Below are positions 46,723 to 56,450 of a stretch of 56,512 nt of DNA, piece by piece. Both the position numbers and the translations under genes were made by a program. The notes beneath the pieces were generated by a model. It ran no database searches, had not been told where the DNA came from, and was given only the letters and a program-made list of their open reading frames with translations. The stretch is from an uncultured virus (IMG/VR IMGVR_UViG_3300042445_002563). Taxonomy: Duplodnaviria > Heunggongvirae > Uroviricota > Caudoviricetes. The stretch is from IMG/VR virus record IMGVR_UViG_3300042445_002563; one strand, given 5' to 3'. Position 1 is the first letter of the stretch. The number at the start of each line of letters is the position of its first letter.

Positions 46723-48204
46723 ATGCCCAGTCAAATTAATCCCAACAACATCGACGGTTCGTATCCAGTTGCCAACCAAGACAATAACTCACAAGGCTTC
46801 AGAGACAACTTTACCAACATCAAGGTAAACTTTCAAGATGCTGCAGGTGAAATCACTGACCTACAAAACAAGGCCGTTCTCAAAGCTGCCCTAATTGGTG
46901 ATGTGTTAGACAACAACATGAATGATGCACTGTTGTATGCTGCCCGCATACAAGATTTTTCAGCAACCAAAGTGACCATTGGAACCACTACTGGAGCCAT
47001 TGCTGTGAACTATACTTTGGGCCACTATCAAGGAATCAGCACCACAGGCAGTATCACTTTAAGTTTTACTAACTTTCCTCCGTCAGGTATGTATGGCTAT
47101 ATCAAACTGCAGATCAACATTACCAATATTGCACACACAGTGACTTTGCCTGCTGCGGTGAGTCTTGGCCTCTCAGGTCTACAGGGATATGCAGCTGGCA
47201 CAATCACGTTTGGTGCCACTGGTGTTTATGAATTTGCATTTGGAACCTATGACGCTGGTGCTATTATTACCATATTTGACTTGAACCGTGCACTGACCAA
47301 TTTTAGCACAGGTAATCTTTCAGTGGGCACATTGAGTGCTACCACAGCCACTATTAGTGGCAACTTCTCAGCAGGTAACATCAGCACAGGTGGCCTGATC
47401 ACCGCCACAGGCAACGTCACAGGCGGCAATGTGGCCACTGCAGGCCAAATAACTGCCACCGGAAACATTGTGGGTGGTAACATTACCACAGCTGGTGCTG
47501 TGAGTGCAACTGGTGCCGTGAGTGGGTTGACAGTGGCAGGATTTGTGCGTCCCACTGCTGGATCTGCCAGCCAAGCACCTGTGGTTTTGACTGCTGGTAC
47601 CAATACCAGTGTGGCCACAGCAGGTGCCGTGGAATACAACGGCAGTGTGTTTTTTGCATCGCCAGCAGCATCTCAACGTGGCTTGATGCCAGCAGAATAT
47701 CTAGTGGCCCTGGCATCAAACTACACTGGCATTGATTCTTCTGGTGCACAAAAAGTGTTTAACCTGCCTGCTGATGGAGCCATTGCTGTTCTGGCCAACA
47801 CCACTTACATGATCGAAGGCTTGTATATTGTGGCGCCTGCCATCAACTTCAACGCTGAATCCTTGCAGACTTTGTTTGCGTTAAGTGGTGGTGCTACACT
47901 GACTAGTATCAGATATGTTGCAGATTCTAGCACAGGCCTGGCAAGTGCCAGCAGTGCACTCACACGCCGCCAAGTTGCCACAGCCAGTGCTACCACAGTG
48001 ACCAGTGCAGCACCAGGTGGTGCAGCAACCAATTTTGTGGTGCAACTTCGCGGCGTAATACGAACCAACGCTGCTGGCACACTGACCCCGCAGTTTCAGT
48101 TGACAGGCACACCCGGTTCCGCTCCTGTGGTGCAGGCCAACAGTTTCTTTAGATTAGTTCCCATTGGTTCAGGATCTGCAACCACAATTGGTGCTTGGAC
48201 CTGA
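46723..48204 (+). CDS. Paralogous virion structural protein with GNxTGGN insert
   Basis: Same N-terminal domain as 45825 gene; TAAATA at 46701; AAGGA RBS. Confidence 0.78.
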   Translation: MPSQINPNNIDGSYPVANQDNNSQGFRDNFTNIKVNFQDAAGEITDLQNKAVLKAALIGDVLDNNMNDALLYAARIQDFSATKVTIGTTTGAIAVNYTLGHYQGISTTGSITLSFTNFPPSGMYGYIKLQINITNIAHTVTLPAAVSLGLSGLQGYAAGTITFGATGVYEFAFGTYDAGAIITIFDLNRALTNFSTGNLSVGTLSATTATISGNFSAGNISTGGLITATGNVTGGNVATAGQITATGNIVGGNITTAGAVSATGAVSGLTVAGFVRPTAGSASQAPVVLTAGTNTSVATAGAVEYNGSVFFASPAASQRGLMPAEYLVALASNYTGIDSSGAQKVFNLPADGAIAVLANTTYMIEGLYIVAPAINFNAESLQTLFALSGGATLTSIRYVADSSTGLASASSALTRRQVATASATTVTSAAPGGAATNFVVQLRGVIRTNAAGTLTPQFQLTGTPGSAPVVQANSFFRLVPIGSGSATTIGAWT

Positions 48205-48213
48205 TCAAAACTG

Positions 48214-48242
48214 TTGACTTTGCAGTGTCCAGCAGTTATAAT
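48214..48242 (+). promoter_or_regulatory. Sigma70-type promoter
   Basis: TTGACT-N17-TATAAT, 5 nt before ATG. Confidence 0.8.
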
Positions 48243-48247
48243 ATGTT

Positions 48248-48487
48248 ATGGAACACCCACTCATAGGCAATCTTGACGACCAAAGCACAGATCAACTGAC
48301 TGCTCAAATCAGTGATCTTTCTCGAAAATTAGGCATTGCTAGCCGAACTGGCAATGCCCATTTGTGTAATCAAATCCGCATGGCCTTGGAGAGTTATCAA
48401 ACCAAGTATCAAGAAAAACTTCAGGCTGACTACAATCGTCGCCTGGCCGACGCCAAGATTGACACAACCAGGATCGATATACAATGA
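48248..48487 (+). CDS. Small coiled-coil hypothetical protein
   Basis: MEHPLIG; helical. Confidence 0.72.
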   Translation: MEHPLIGNLDDQSTDQLTAQISDLSRKLGIASRTGNAHLCNQIRMALESYQTKYQEKLQADYNRRLADAKIDTTRIDIQ

Positions 48488-49083
48488 ACGTTAGATTACA
48501 AATCAATCTAGAATTTCCTGCTGGCCTCTACATTGGAGATCAACTGCAACTCAATTGGTATTCAGTCAGTGTGCAGTTATGTACCGCCACAGGAGATCCT
48601 GATCAAACCAACACGGCCATGGACCGTCTCAAGACGTTTGTGTACGCAGAGTTAGCAGACACTGTGTTTATCAATCAAGAAGATGCTGAACGGGCCCAGA
48701 TGCTGGACTTGTTGGGAATAAACATTACTACTTTGCCCGAAGAACCTGTTGACCAAATTGTGGGTCTCATGCTACACTGCAAACTAAATGCTGTCATGGA
48801 AGATCGCATGATTGTGGAACGCTTGGACATTGCCAGCAGCTTGGGAGACGATGTGTTTTACCTGCATGAACATGGTGATGCTGTGGGACCATTTCAGGCT
48901 GCTGGCTGGTGGTCGGTCAGCGACACCACACACAATTCACTCACACCGATTGAAACACACGAAAATGTAGTTCATGTTCCAGTCACTGGTTGGAGCAAAT
49001 ACAATCTAAATTGGCCTGATTCCGCAGGCCCAGAATCGGGAAAAACAGTGAGTTTTGGCAAACTAAACAAAAATGCAAACTAA
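48484..49083 (+). CDS. Hypothetical protein
   Basis: ATGA overlap; LPEEPVDQ...CKLNA. Confidence 0.72.
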   Translation: MNVRLQINLEFPAGLYIGDQLQLNWYSVSVQLCTATGDPDQTNTAMDRLKTFVYAELADTVFINQEDAERAQMLDLLGINITTLPEEPVDQIVGLMLHCKLNAVMEDRMIVERLDIASSLGDDVFYLHEHGDAVGPFQAAGWWSVSDTTHNSLTPIETHENVVHVPVTGWSKYNLNWPDSAGPESGKTVSFGKLNKNAN

Positions 49084-49591
49084 CACTGTGGGCGAAATTG
49101 TTCTAGATGAGCAAGATCTTTGTGATCTTGTGATGCAGGGCCGATCTATTGCTAACCTGAAAAGAGTCACCGTAGATCACTCAGTGGATCTGGAACAACT
49201 GATCTTTGTGCTAGAAGACCCTGCTGCCCTGACCTGGACCCGGCCCGCAGACAGTAATACCAGTGTGTTGGACTGGGACTTGGTACAGCAACAACACTGG
49301 CACATGCCCGAACAATATGCTGTGTTAGACATTGCTGCTTATGTACTGGGCCTGTGCTCAACTGACGCAGAACTGCAACGGGCCGGGCACGAACTCATGC
49401 TGTATCAAGAACGAGGTCTGTTTGATCTTTTGAAATATCTCAAGTACCTGGTGGATGTGATGACTGACAATCATGTGATCTGGGGTGTGGGTCGAGGCAG
49501 CAGTGTGTCCAGTCATGTGCTATACTTGTTGGGTGTGCACAGAATTAATTCTATGTTCTATGATTTAGACATAGACGAGTTCCTGCGTTAA
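49073..49591 (+). CDS. Stand-alone fragment of DNA polymerase III alpha (DnaE)
   Basis: R..HEL...YL.YLVD...WGVGRGSSVSSHVLYLLGVHRINS..YDL...EFL mirrors DnaE [26 protein letters not shown].FERFL. Confidence 0.8.
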   Translation: MQTNTVGEIVLDEQDLCDLVMQGRSIANLKRVTVDHSVDLEQLIFVLEDPAALTWTRPADSNTSVLDWDLVQQQHWHMPEQYAVLDIAAYVLGLCSTDAELQRAGHELMLYQERGLFDLLKYLKYLVDVMTDNHVIWGVGRGSSVSSHVLYLLGVHRINSMFYDLDIDEFLR

Positions 49592-49612
49592 ATACTTTTT
49601 TAGGAGATAATT

Positions 49613-49825
49613 ATGACCAAAGATATTCATCGATCAGCAAATGGCAAACAAGTAGATATGGGTTCCTTGCGGCTCCGCAACGAACATGTACGAGCAGTAG
49701 GCAACATGCAAGTCAATGCTCGTGGAGACCTAGTGGATGACAAAAACCAAGTGATCTCAACCAAGAATCAACAAGTGACTCAAACCTACGACAAACAAGT
49801 GACCAATCCCAAAGGCAGCAAATGA
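49613..49825 (+). CDS. Hypothetical protein
   Basis: AGGAG RBS, TAAATA at 49589; AVGNMQVNARGD. Confidence 0.75.
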   Translation: MTKDIHRSANGKQVDMGSLRLRNEHVRAVGNMQVNARGDLVDDKNQVISTKNQQVTQTYDKQVTNPKGSK

Positions 49826-50223
49826 TCAAAGCAGCATACTCGGCACACAGAATTGATCGTGACAAACTGCGCCCGCTGGGCAAATCGGTGATTGTGAGTG
49901 ACATGAACTTTGAAGAGCGTATCAGCACTGGCGGTATTATTATCATGACCGACAATGGCAAAAGCACAGGTATTAGACCACGCTGGGGTCAAGTGTATGC
50001 AGTGGGTCCAGACCAACAGGATGTAAAAGTCCATGACTGGGTGTGTGTGGAACACGGGCGTTGGACTCGTGGCATAGACATTGAAGATGAAAATGGTAAA
50101 ATTACTCTACGTCGAGTTGATCCCAAAGACATCATGATGACTGCTGATCAAAAGCCAGACGATCTTACTTTCTCTGGAGCAATTCACGTGGAAGCCAAAC
50201 CCAGTCACATGCAGCACAACTGA
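49822..50223 (+). CDS. groES: GroES-like co-chaperonin
   Basis: LRPLG, STGGII, GQVYAVGP, VKVHDWV. Confidence 0.82.
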   Translation: MIKAAYSAHRIDRDKLRPLGKSVIVSDMNFEERISTGGIIIMTDNGKSTGIRPRWGQVYAVGPDQQDVKVHDWVCVEHGRWTRGIDIEDENGKITLRRVDPKDIMMTADQKPDDLTFSGAIHVEAKPSHMQHN

Positions 50224-50224
50224 C

Positions 50225-50476
50225 ATGGGATTTCAAACACCCATGGACTACAAATCGTTGCATGATCAAATCTGCAAGAGTGGTGCTGAACTTTGCAGCC
50301 CTTACAATGACGGATACACCACATGGGAAATCAAAAAAGACCTGTACCAGCTGAAATTTTTGCTGGACGAGATCTTGGCCAACTCTCCCACATATTCAGT
50401 GGAACCACAGTTTCTAGAGGAACAGTCCAAAAAGAAAATGTGGAAAACTCTCACGCAACCACAAGGAAACACATGA
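50225..50476 (+). CDS. Hypothetical protein
   Basis: SPYNDGYT...KKDLY. Confidence 0.68.
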   Translation: MGFQTPMDYKSLHDQICKSGAELCSPYNDGYTTWEIKKDLYQLKFLLDEILANSPTYSVEPQFLEEQSKKKMWKTLTQPQGNT

Positions 50477-50643
50477 TAGATATTCAACCTAAAGACACCA
50501 GCCGCGGCCATTTTTATGTTAGCCTTGCAAAGAGTGCTATTCGTATTGTGGCAGGCGGATGTTTGATCACAGGCAACTTGCTAATGGCAGGTGTTTGCTT
50601 GATTTTAGCCGAAGTGCTTGGCATTGTTGAAGAATTAGTGTGA
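50473..50643 (+). CDS. Small membrane protein
   Basis: AAGGA RBS, ATGA overlap; HFYVSLAKSAIRI...AEVLGIVEELV. Confidence 0.7.
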   Translation: MIDIQPKDTSRGHFYVSLAKSAIRIVAGGCLITGNLLMAGVCLILAEVLGIVEELV

Positions 50644-50710
50644 ATGTTGCATCAGTTGTTGTTACTGTTTAAAGTACACACATAAATATGGTTATCCCCG
50701 GGGCCACATT

Positions 50711-51469
50711 ATGCACAAACCAACCCACAATCAGACTGTAAGGTCGTTGCAGATAACTAATCATCTGCTGAGTTTGGCTGGAATTTTTTATGTGGTTTAT
50801 ACATCACAATGGATTTGGTTATTGACAGCATTGTTGACTTATTGGTTCATTGGAGTTTTTGGAATAAACATTGGACTTCACCGACTGTTGAGTCACAGAA
50901 GTTTTAAAACTTATTCCTGGTTTGAAAAATTTGTAAGCGTAATTGGAGTCATCACAACTGTGGGATCTCCCTTGGCCTGGGTGGCTATTCATAGGCAGCA
51001 TCATCGTGCTGCTGAAACTCCTGAAGACCCCCATAGTCCGTATCAAATTGGTAACTTACGTGCCTGGTTTGGTATCTGGTCCCTGATTAAATTAGATACT
51101 AAACTAGTAAGAGACATGAGGCAAGATCGTTTTCAGCGTTGGTTGCATCGCAACTATATCTGGGTAATTGCTGTCTATGCGTTGATATTATTGACGTTAT
51201 GGGGGCCATTGGGCGTGATTTTTGGATATTGTTTGCCCGCCCTGTTGTGTTTACACTCAAGCAGTGCAATCATTGTGATTGCTCACAGGCATGGTTACAA
51301 GACACACAAATGTCGTGACGAAAGCCGTAACAGCTGGATTGCCAATATTATTACTCTGGGCGAAGGATGGCACAACAATCATCATGCCAAGCCATACGCC
51401 TGGAGTAACTGGGAAAAGTGGTGGGAATGGGATGTTCCTGCAGTGATTATCTGGGCAATTAAAAAATGA
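50711..51469 (+). CDS. Fatty-acid desaturase 1 of tandem array
   Basis: HRLLSH, HRQHH, DPHSP, GEGWHNNHH; TAAATA at 50683. Confidence 0.93.
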   Translation: MHKPTHNQTVRSLQITNHLLSLAGIFYVVYTSQWIWLLTALLTYWFIGVFGINIGLHRLLSHRSFKTYSWFEKFVSVIGVITTVGSPLAWVAIHRQHHRAAETPEDPHSPYQIGNLRAWFGIWSLIKLDTKLVRDMRQDRFQRWLHRNYIWVIAVYALILLTLWGPLGVIFGYCLPALLCLHSSSAIIVIAHRHGYKTHKCRDESRNSWIANIITLGEGWHNNHHAKPYAWSNWEKWWEWDVPAVIIWAIKK

Positions 51470-52182
51470 CATTTTATTATTTCTCAAGATTATTGCAAGT
51501 TATAACATTTGCATTTTCTCTGTATGTGTTTGATTGGCAGTATTTTATAATTGCAGTTGTTGTAGGCTGGGTGCTGGCTGGTTTCAGTATAAGTGTAATT
51601 TTGCATAGACAAATTTGCCACAATGCATTCAAATTCAGAAATAAACTAGTAGAATTTTTGAGTTATACAATATTGGTTATTACTGGCCAAAGCTCACCGT
51701 TGTCCTGGGCTATAATACATCGACAACATCACTTGCATACTGACACAGAACTAGACCCACAGAGTCATCGAATTGTAGGGCATTGGCGCACATTGTTTTC
51801 TTGGTACAAGCCTAACAAAGTAAATCCTAGACAAGTAGTTGATCTATTGGCAAATACCAGAGTGATGTTTTTGCATCGGCACATAGATAAACTATTTTTA
51901 ACTTATGCTGCAATTATGATAGCAGTTAGCCCAATACTATTTTTGTATGCTGTTGGTGTGGTCCCTGTCGTTGCCTATTTGTTTATTGGTATAATCAACA
52001 CATTTGGACACCGTGATGAACAACGCATACACGGCACCTATGCTGCTAATTTGCCATTTGCTGCAATGTTTTGGGGAGAGAGCTATCACAAAACACACCA
52101 CTTGACTCCCAGGGCCCAGCAACTAGGTCAATACGATTTTGGTTTTTACATAATACAAATATTGAAAAAACAACATGAATAA
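51466..52182 (+). CDS. Fatty-acid desaturase 2 of tandem array
   Basis: HRQICH, HRQHH, GESYHKTHH. Confidence 0.88.
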   Translation: MTFYYFSRLLQVITFAFSLYVFDWQYFIIAVVVGWVLAGFSISVILHRQICHNAFKFRNKLVEFLSYTILVITGQSSPLSWAIIHRQHHLHTDTELDPQSHRIVGHWRTLFSWYKPNKVNPRQVVDLLANTRVMFLHRHIDKLFLTYAAIMIAVSPILFLYAVGVVPVVAYLFIGIINTFGHRDEQRIHGTYAANLPFAAMFWGESYHKTHHLTPRAQQLGQYDFGFYIIQILKKQHE

Positions 52183-52933
52183 ACATGCAATGCTAGTTAT
52201 TGTCCCATTCCATCTTTTGGCCGTGGTGGGGTTGTTTTTTGTTGACCAGTATTGGCCCTGGGCAATCGCGTTCTTTGTGCTTTTTGGAATCATTGGCAAC
52301 GGGGTCGCTGGACACAGATATTTTGCGCACAGATCTTTTCAGGTGGCCAAGTGGTTGCATCCAGTATTGACCTACCTCAATGTTATGTCTGCATTTGCAC
52401 CACCCACATACTGGGTGATACAACATGCACATCATCACAGAACATCAGACAAGAACGAAGATATTCATAGCCCTCGACGAGGACTTTGGCAATCTTGGTA
52501 TGGGTGGTTGTTTGATCAGCCCTATGTAGAATTTATGTTGAGTAACAAAATGGCAGTGGCCAAGGCAGTGATCAAAAGCCGAGTACAGTGGGTTGAACGG
52601 CATTACTACAAAACATTATTTGTGTCTATTGCTATAGTTGCTGTGATAAATTGGCAAGTTGCATTGATGTATTTTGTTGCGTATGCTGCTGAAATGTTTA
52701 GAATTGGTGCAGTAAACACAGTTTGTCATAGTTGGGGTTATAGAAATCATGACACATCAGATCACAGCAAAAATAACATTTTGGTGGGCATTCTGGGCAT
52801 GGGATTTGGTTGGCACAACAATCATCATGCTAATCCTTCACGCTTGATACTTACCGAACGCTGGTGGGAGATCGACATAGAAGGATACATAGCCTGGCTA
52901 TTGAGTAGAACACATCAAGGAAAAATTCAATGA
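52175..52933 (+). CDS. Fatty-acid desaturase 3 of tandem array
   Basis: HRYFAH, HAHHH, GWHNNHH. Confidence 0.92.
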   Translation: MNKHAMLVIVPFHLLAVVGLFFVDQYWPWAIAFFVLFGIIGNGVAGHRYFAHRSFQVAKWLHPVLTYLNVMSAFAPPTYWVIQHAHHHRTSDKNEDIHSPRRGLWQSWYGWLFDQPYVEFMLSNKMAVAKAVIKSRVQWVERHYYKTLFVSIAIVAVINWQVALMYFVAYAAEMFRIGAVNTVCHSWGYRNHDTSDHSKNNILVGILGMGFGWHNNHHANPSRLILTERWWEIDIEGYIAWLLSRTHQGKIQ

Positions 52934-53706
52934 CATATTATCGAAAACATTTTTTTGCAGTTATTTGTGTGCAGATGATGCTGGCAGGTGTAGCTGTTAC
53001 AGATTTAGCTGTAAACGGCACAACGATATGGTTGTATGCAACATTTATCATGTGGTTCTTGATGTACGTGGTCGGAGAAGGCATTTTCCTACACAGATAT
53101 TTTGCACACAAATCTTTTGAAACTCATCCTGTACTAGCAAAAGTTTTTTCAGTATTTGCAGCACTTGGCGGATTTGGCGGCCCAATTGGTTATCGCGCAG
53201 CTCATATAGGATTACATCATGCGCACTCAGACAAACCTGGAGATTGCCACAGTCCTGTACAAAATGGATTCTGGTACGCAGCAGTGACCTGGCATTTGCA
53301 TAACCATAAATTGCCCATGTTACTCTGCAAGTCGCTGCTGAGAGATCCATTTTACGTCTGGTTGGAAAATCATGTCATCAGCATTTGGTGGACCACACTT
53401 GTGGTATTTGCTTTTATTGACATGAGATTAGCTGTGTATGGTCTAGGGTTAGCAGGATTTATAGGATTTGTATTTGTTGCAATTACAAATGCCGCGGCTC
53501 ATACCTACGGCACACGCAGATTTCAAACCGACGACAACAGCCGTAATATATCCATCCTGAGTTGGATAACTTGGCAGGGATCATCAGTACTGCAAAACAA
53601 TCATCATGCACATCCTGGACGATTTCACGACAGCTGGGCCTGGTATGAGTTCGACATTGGAAAATGGTTGATTCCACTGATAGCCACCCGAATAAATCAA
53701 AGATAG
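52930..53706 (+). CDS. Fatty-acid desaturase 4 of tandem array (variant boxes)
   Basis: HRYFAH, HIGLHH, QNNHH. Confidence 0.88.
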   Translation: MTYYRKHFFAVICVQMMLAGVAVTDLAVNGTTIWLYATFIMWFLMYVVGEGIFLHRYFAHKSFETHPVLAKVFSVFAALGGFGGPIGYRAAHIGLHHAHSDKPGDCHSPVQNGFWYAAVTWHLHNHKLPMLLCKSLLRDPFYVWLENHVISIWWTTLVVFAFIDMRLAVYGLGLAGFIGFVFVAITNAAAHTYGTRRFQTDDNSRNISILSWITWQGSSVLQNNHHAHPGRFHDSWAWYEFDIGKWLIPLIATRINQR

Positions 53707-53707
53707 C

Positions 53708-53736
53708 TTGACTTCCTGCACAATATGTAGTAAACT
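53708..53736 (+). promoter_or_regulatory. Sigma70-type promoter
   Basis: TTGACT-N17-TAAACT. Confidence 0.7.
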
Positions 53737-53769
53737 ACCAGTAGTGTTACATTATTAAAAGGAAAAAGA

Positions 53770-54693
53770 ATGAAACAACTATGGGTAGAAAAATATCGTC
53801 CTAATACTGTGGACGGATATGTGTTTGTGGATCAAGCACAACGAGAACAAGTGGAGTCTTGGATTCGTGATGGATCAATTCCGCATCTAATGCTGAGTGG
53901 GTCAGCGGGCACAGGCAAAACTACACTGGCCAAACTGTTGATCAAACAACTGGGCGTGGACGAGTATGATGTGATGATGGCCAATGGATCCAAAGAAGCC
54001 CGCAAGGTAGAATGGGTTGATCGACTTATCAGTTTCTGTCAGACCATGCCGTATGGCAAATTTAAAGTGGTGCTGATTGACGAAGCAGATTACATGAATA
54101 TTAATTCAGTTCAGCCTGCACTGCGTAACTTGATGGAAGACTACAGCCAGACCGTGCGGTTTATTTTGACCTGTAACTATCCTCATAAAATTATACCAGC
54201 AATACACAGTCGTTGCCAAGGATTTCATATTGCCAAGACTGACCACACAGAATTCACAGCCCGTGCTGCCACAGTACTGGTGTCTGAAGGTGTGGAGTTT
54301 GATCTAGATGAACTTGACAGCTATGTCAAGGCCACATACCCTGATCTTCGCAAGTGTCTAAATTTGTTGCAGCCCAACTCACAATCAGGACAACTGCAGC
54401 CCCCCAGTGCCGCAGACAAAAGTGCACGTGACTGGAAGCTGGAGTGTGTGGACCTGTTTAAAAAGGGTCGAGTTCGCGAGGCACGAACTCTGCTGTGTCA
54501 AAGTTCTACTCCTGAAGAAGCCGAAGATATTTTCCGCTGGATGTACGACAACCTGGAACTATGGGGCTCGACTCCTGAGCAACAAGATCAAGCTATTGTG
54601 ATTATTCGCAACGGACTTGTGAGCAACAACGCTGTGGCTGACGTTGAGATCAATCTAAGTGCTACTCTGATTGAACTGGCAGGAATACAATGA
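53770..54693 (+). CDS. Sliding-clamp loader subunit (T4 gp44 / RFC small subunit-like)
   Basis: LWVEKYRP, GSAGTGKTT, LIDEAD, SRC, PDLRK. Confidence 0.93.
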   Translation: MKQLWVEKYRPNTVDGYVFVDQAQREQVESWIRDGSIPHLMLSGSAGTGKTTLAKLLIKQLGVDEYDVMMANGSKEARKVEWVDRLISFCQTMPYGKFKVVLIDEADYMNINSVQPALRNLMEDYSQTVRFILTCNYPHKIIPAIHSRCQGFHIAKTDHTEFTARAATVLVSEGVEFDLDELDSYVKATYPDLRKCLNLLQPNSQSGQLQPPSAADKSARDWKLECVDLFKKGRVREARTLLCQSSTPEEAEDIFRWMYDNLELWGSTPEQQDQAIVIIRNGLVSNNAVADVEINLSATLIELAGIQ

Positions 54694-55001
54694 GATATCT
54701 TACACTTACCTACTACACCAAACCCGACGGCAAAATTGACGAAGCAATGGCCGTGAGCAAGAACATCAGGACACGGGACCTGCAGACGGCCAGTGTGATC
54801 CTGGACTTTAAAAAGCTCCAAGTGGTCAAGTGCAGCATGAACGGTGTACAGGTTCCCAAAGACTGGGACAGAATTGTGACCTACTATCATCAACACTATG
54901 CTGCCACCATTGAGCGATTGTTTGCAGAAAACGGCTGGGAAGTTGTTAAACCAGAAACTACAACCAAGGAACCTCATGAACCAACGCCTAATACTAACTG
55001 A
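54690..55001 (+). CDS. Hypothetical protein
   Basis: AGGA RBS, ATGA overlap. Confidence 0.72.
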   Translation: MRYLTLTYYTKPDGKIDEAMAVSKNIRTRDLQTASVILDFKKLQVVKCSMNGVQVPKDWDRIVTYYHQHYAATIERLFAENGWEVVKPETTTKEPHEPTPNTN

Positions 55002-55587
55002 CGCAGACGGCGTGTTGCTGGACTGGGAATGGGCATTTTCAGTTTGGATGCAGGAGCGTGGGTACACACTCACCGCAGACAACAAGAAAAGCTATCTGCT
55101 GCATCATCACTACCGTGAACTGGAAGAAAAAGACGCCAAAAAGGTTGTAAAAACCTTCAACGAATCGGCTGCTGTGGGCTTCTTGCCTGCCTTGCGTGAT
55201 GCCACCTACTATGTCAAACGCCTGTATGAAGAACACGGCTATCAGTTTCGAGTGATCACCAGTCTGAGCCTGGACCGAAATGCTGCCAAGCTGAGAGAAA
55301 TGAACCTGAACAAACTGTTTGGTAATGCAATTGAAAGTGTGATTTGCCTGGACACCGGCGCAGACAAAGATTCAGCACTAGAACCCTATCGTGGCAGCGG
55401 CATGTGGTGGATTGAGGACAAGCCCGAAAATGCTGATGTCGGCCATGCACTGGGGCTACGGAGTCTCTTAATAGAACACGGGCACAACATGCATCATGTG
55501 TGTCCGTATCCTGTTGTTAAAAATTGGAAAGAGATCTATTCTATAATTGCTCCTAGTGAGAATACAGTCTCAACACATCACCAATAA
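54976..55587 (+). CDS. HAD-superfamily 5'(3')-nucleotidase-like phosphatase
   Basis: DADGVLLD, VITS, K, WIEDK; AAGGA RBS gives start MNQRL. Confidence 0.85.
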   Translation: MNQRLILTDADGVLLDWEWAFSVWMQERGYTLTADNKKSYLLHHHYRELEEKDAKKVVKTFNESAAVGFLPALRDATYYVKRLYEEHGYQFRVITSLSLDRNAAKLREMNLNKLFGNAIESVICLDTGADKDSALEPYRGSGMWWIEDKPENADVGHALGLRSLLIEHGHNMHHVCPYPVVKNWKEIYSIIAPSENTVSTHHQ

Positions 55588-56290
55588 TTTTATGGCGCTG
55601 CACATCTCGAGCTCCAAGTTCGCACACAGCGATACCCGGAACTGAGTTTCCTTTCAATCGTTTACAAAGATCCATCAAGCCGTTGTCTCCGTGATTACGA
55701 TCGGCTTGCTCCACATCTCCTGTGATAACAATGCGTGAGTTTTGTCCAATACGTGTCATTAACATCTTGACCTGTGCTGGTGTTGCGTTTTGCATTTCAT
55801 CCGCAATAATCCAGGCATTTTTGAAGGTGCGGCCGCGCATGTATGCCAGTGGCGCAATTTCCACAGTTTGATCTTCTATCATGGTCACAATGTCTTGGGC
55901 ACGATAACATTCCCGCATGACGTCCAACAACGGACGGGTCCACGGCTCCATTTTTTGATTAAGGTCTCCAGGTAGGAAACCATGTGATTCACCTTCTACA
56001 CCCACTGCTGGGCGAGTCAGCACAATCCTCGAGCACTCTCCTGTTCTAAGAGCTTGAACTGCGGCCAACATAGCAAGGTAAGTTTTACCTGTACCTGCTG
56101 GACCCACAGTGACAACTATGTGTTGTGAAGAATCTTGCAAAGCCAATACCAATTGCTCTTGATTTCGTGTTCGAGGGATCAAGTCTATGCGTCTAGGAGC
56201 CGCCTTAGGTGCTTGCGAAAAGTTTATGGTGTTTTCTACTGCCTGATTCATACGTTTGTTTTGTGCTTTTTGGGCGCGATTTCTACTCAA
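55553..56290 (-). CDS. phoH: PhoH-family ATPase
   Basis: GPAGTGKT, LTRPAV, GFLPG, YMRGRTF, DEMQN, GD..Q.D, DVQRH; TTG start at 56290 fits AGGAG spacing better than ATG at 56296. Confidence 0.95.
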   Translation of the reverse strand: MSRNRAQKAQNKRMNQAVENTINFSQAPKAAPRRIDLIPRTRNQEQLVLALQDSSQHIVVTVGPAGTGKTYLAMLAAVQALRTGECSRIVLTRPAVGVEGESHGFLPGDLNQKMEPWTRPLLDVMRECYRAQDIVTMIEDQTVEIAPLAYMRGRTFKNAWIIADEMQNATPAQVKMLMTRIGQNSRIVITGDVEQADRNHGDNGLMDLCKRLKGNSVPGIAVCELGARDVQRHKIIGDVLRLYSH

Positions 56291-56450
56291 ATGCATTTCT
56301 CCTGGTGTAAGTCCTCTTGGACACTAATATTTACAGTAACGTACTCAATGATAAGTGGGTGGTGATTTTTAATATCTGGATCATAAGTATTTGGCTTTGT
56401 TCCTGATATTCAAGATACAAGCTATCATGTTCGGTGCCATAAATACTTTC

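Noticed and set aside
48484..49083. QueD/T-fold enzyme
   Set aside because: Metal-binding His/Cys motifs not visible; left as hypothetical
49073..49591. Frameshifted dnaE pseudogene or split intein
   Set aside because: Downstream frames encode unrelated genes with their own signals; no intein terminal motifs
56297..56450. Pho box upstream of phoH
   Set aside because: Only TAAATA found; no 11-bp-period TGT(A/C)A repeat
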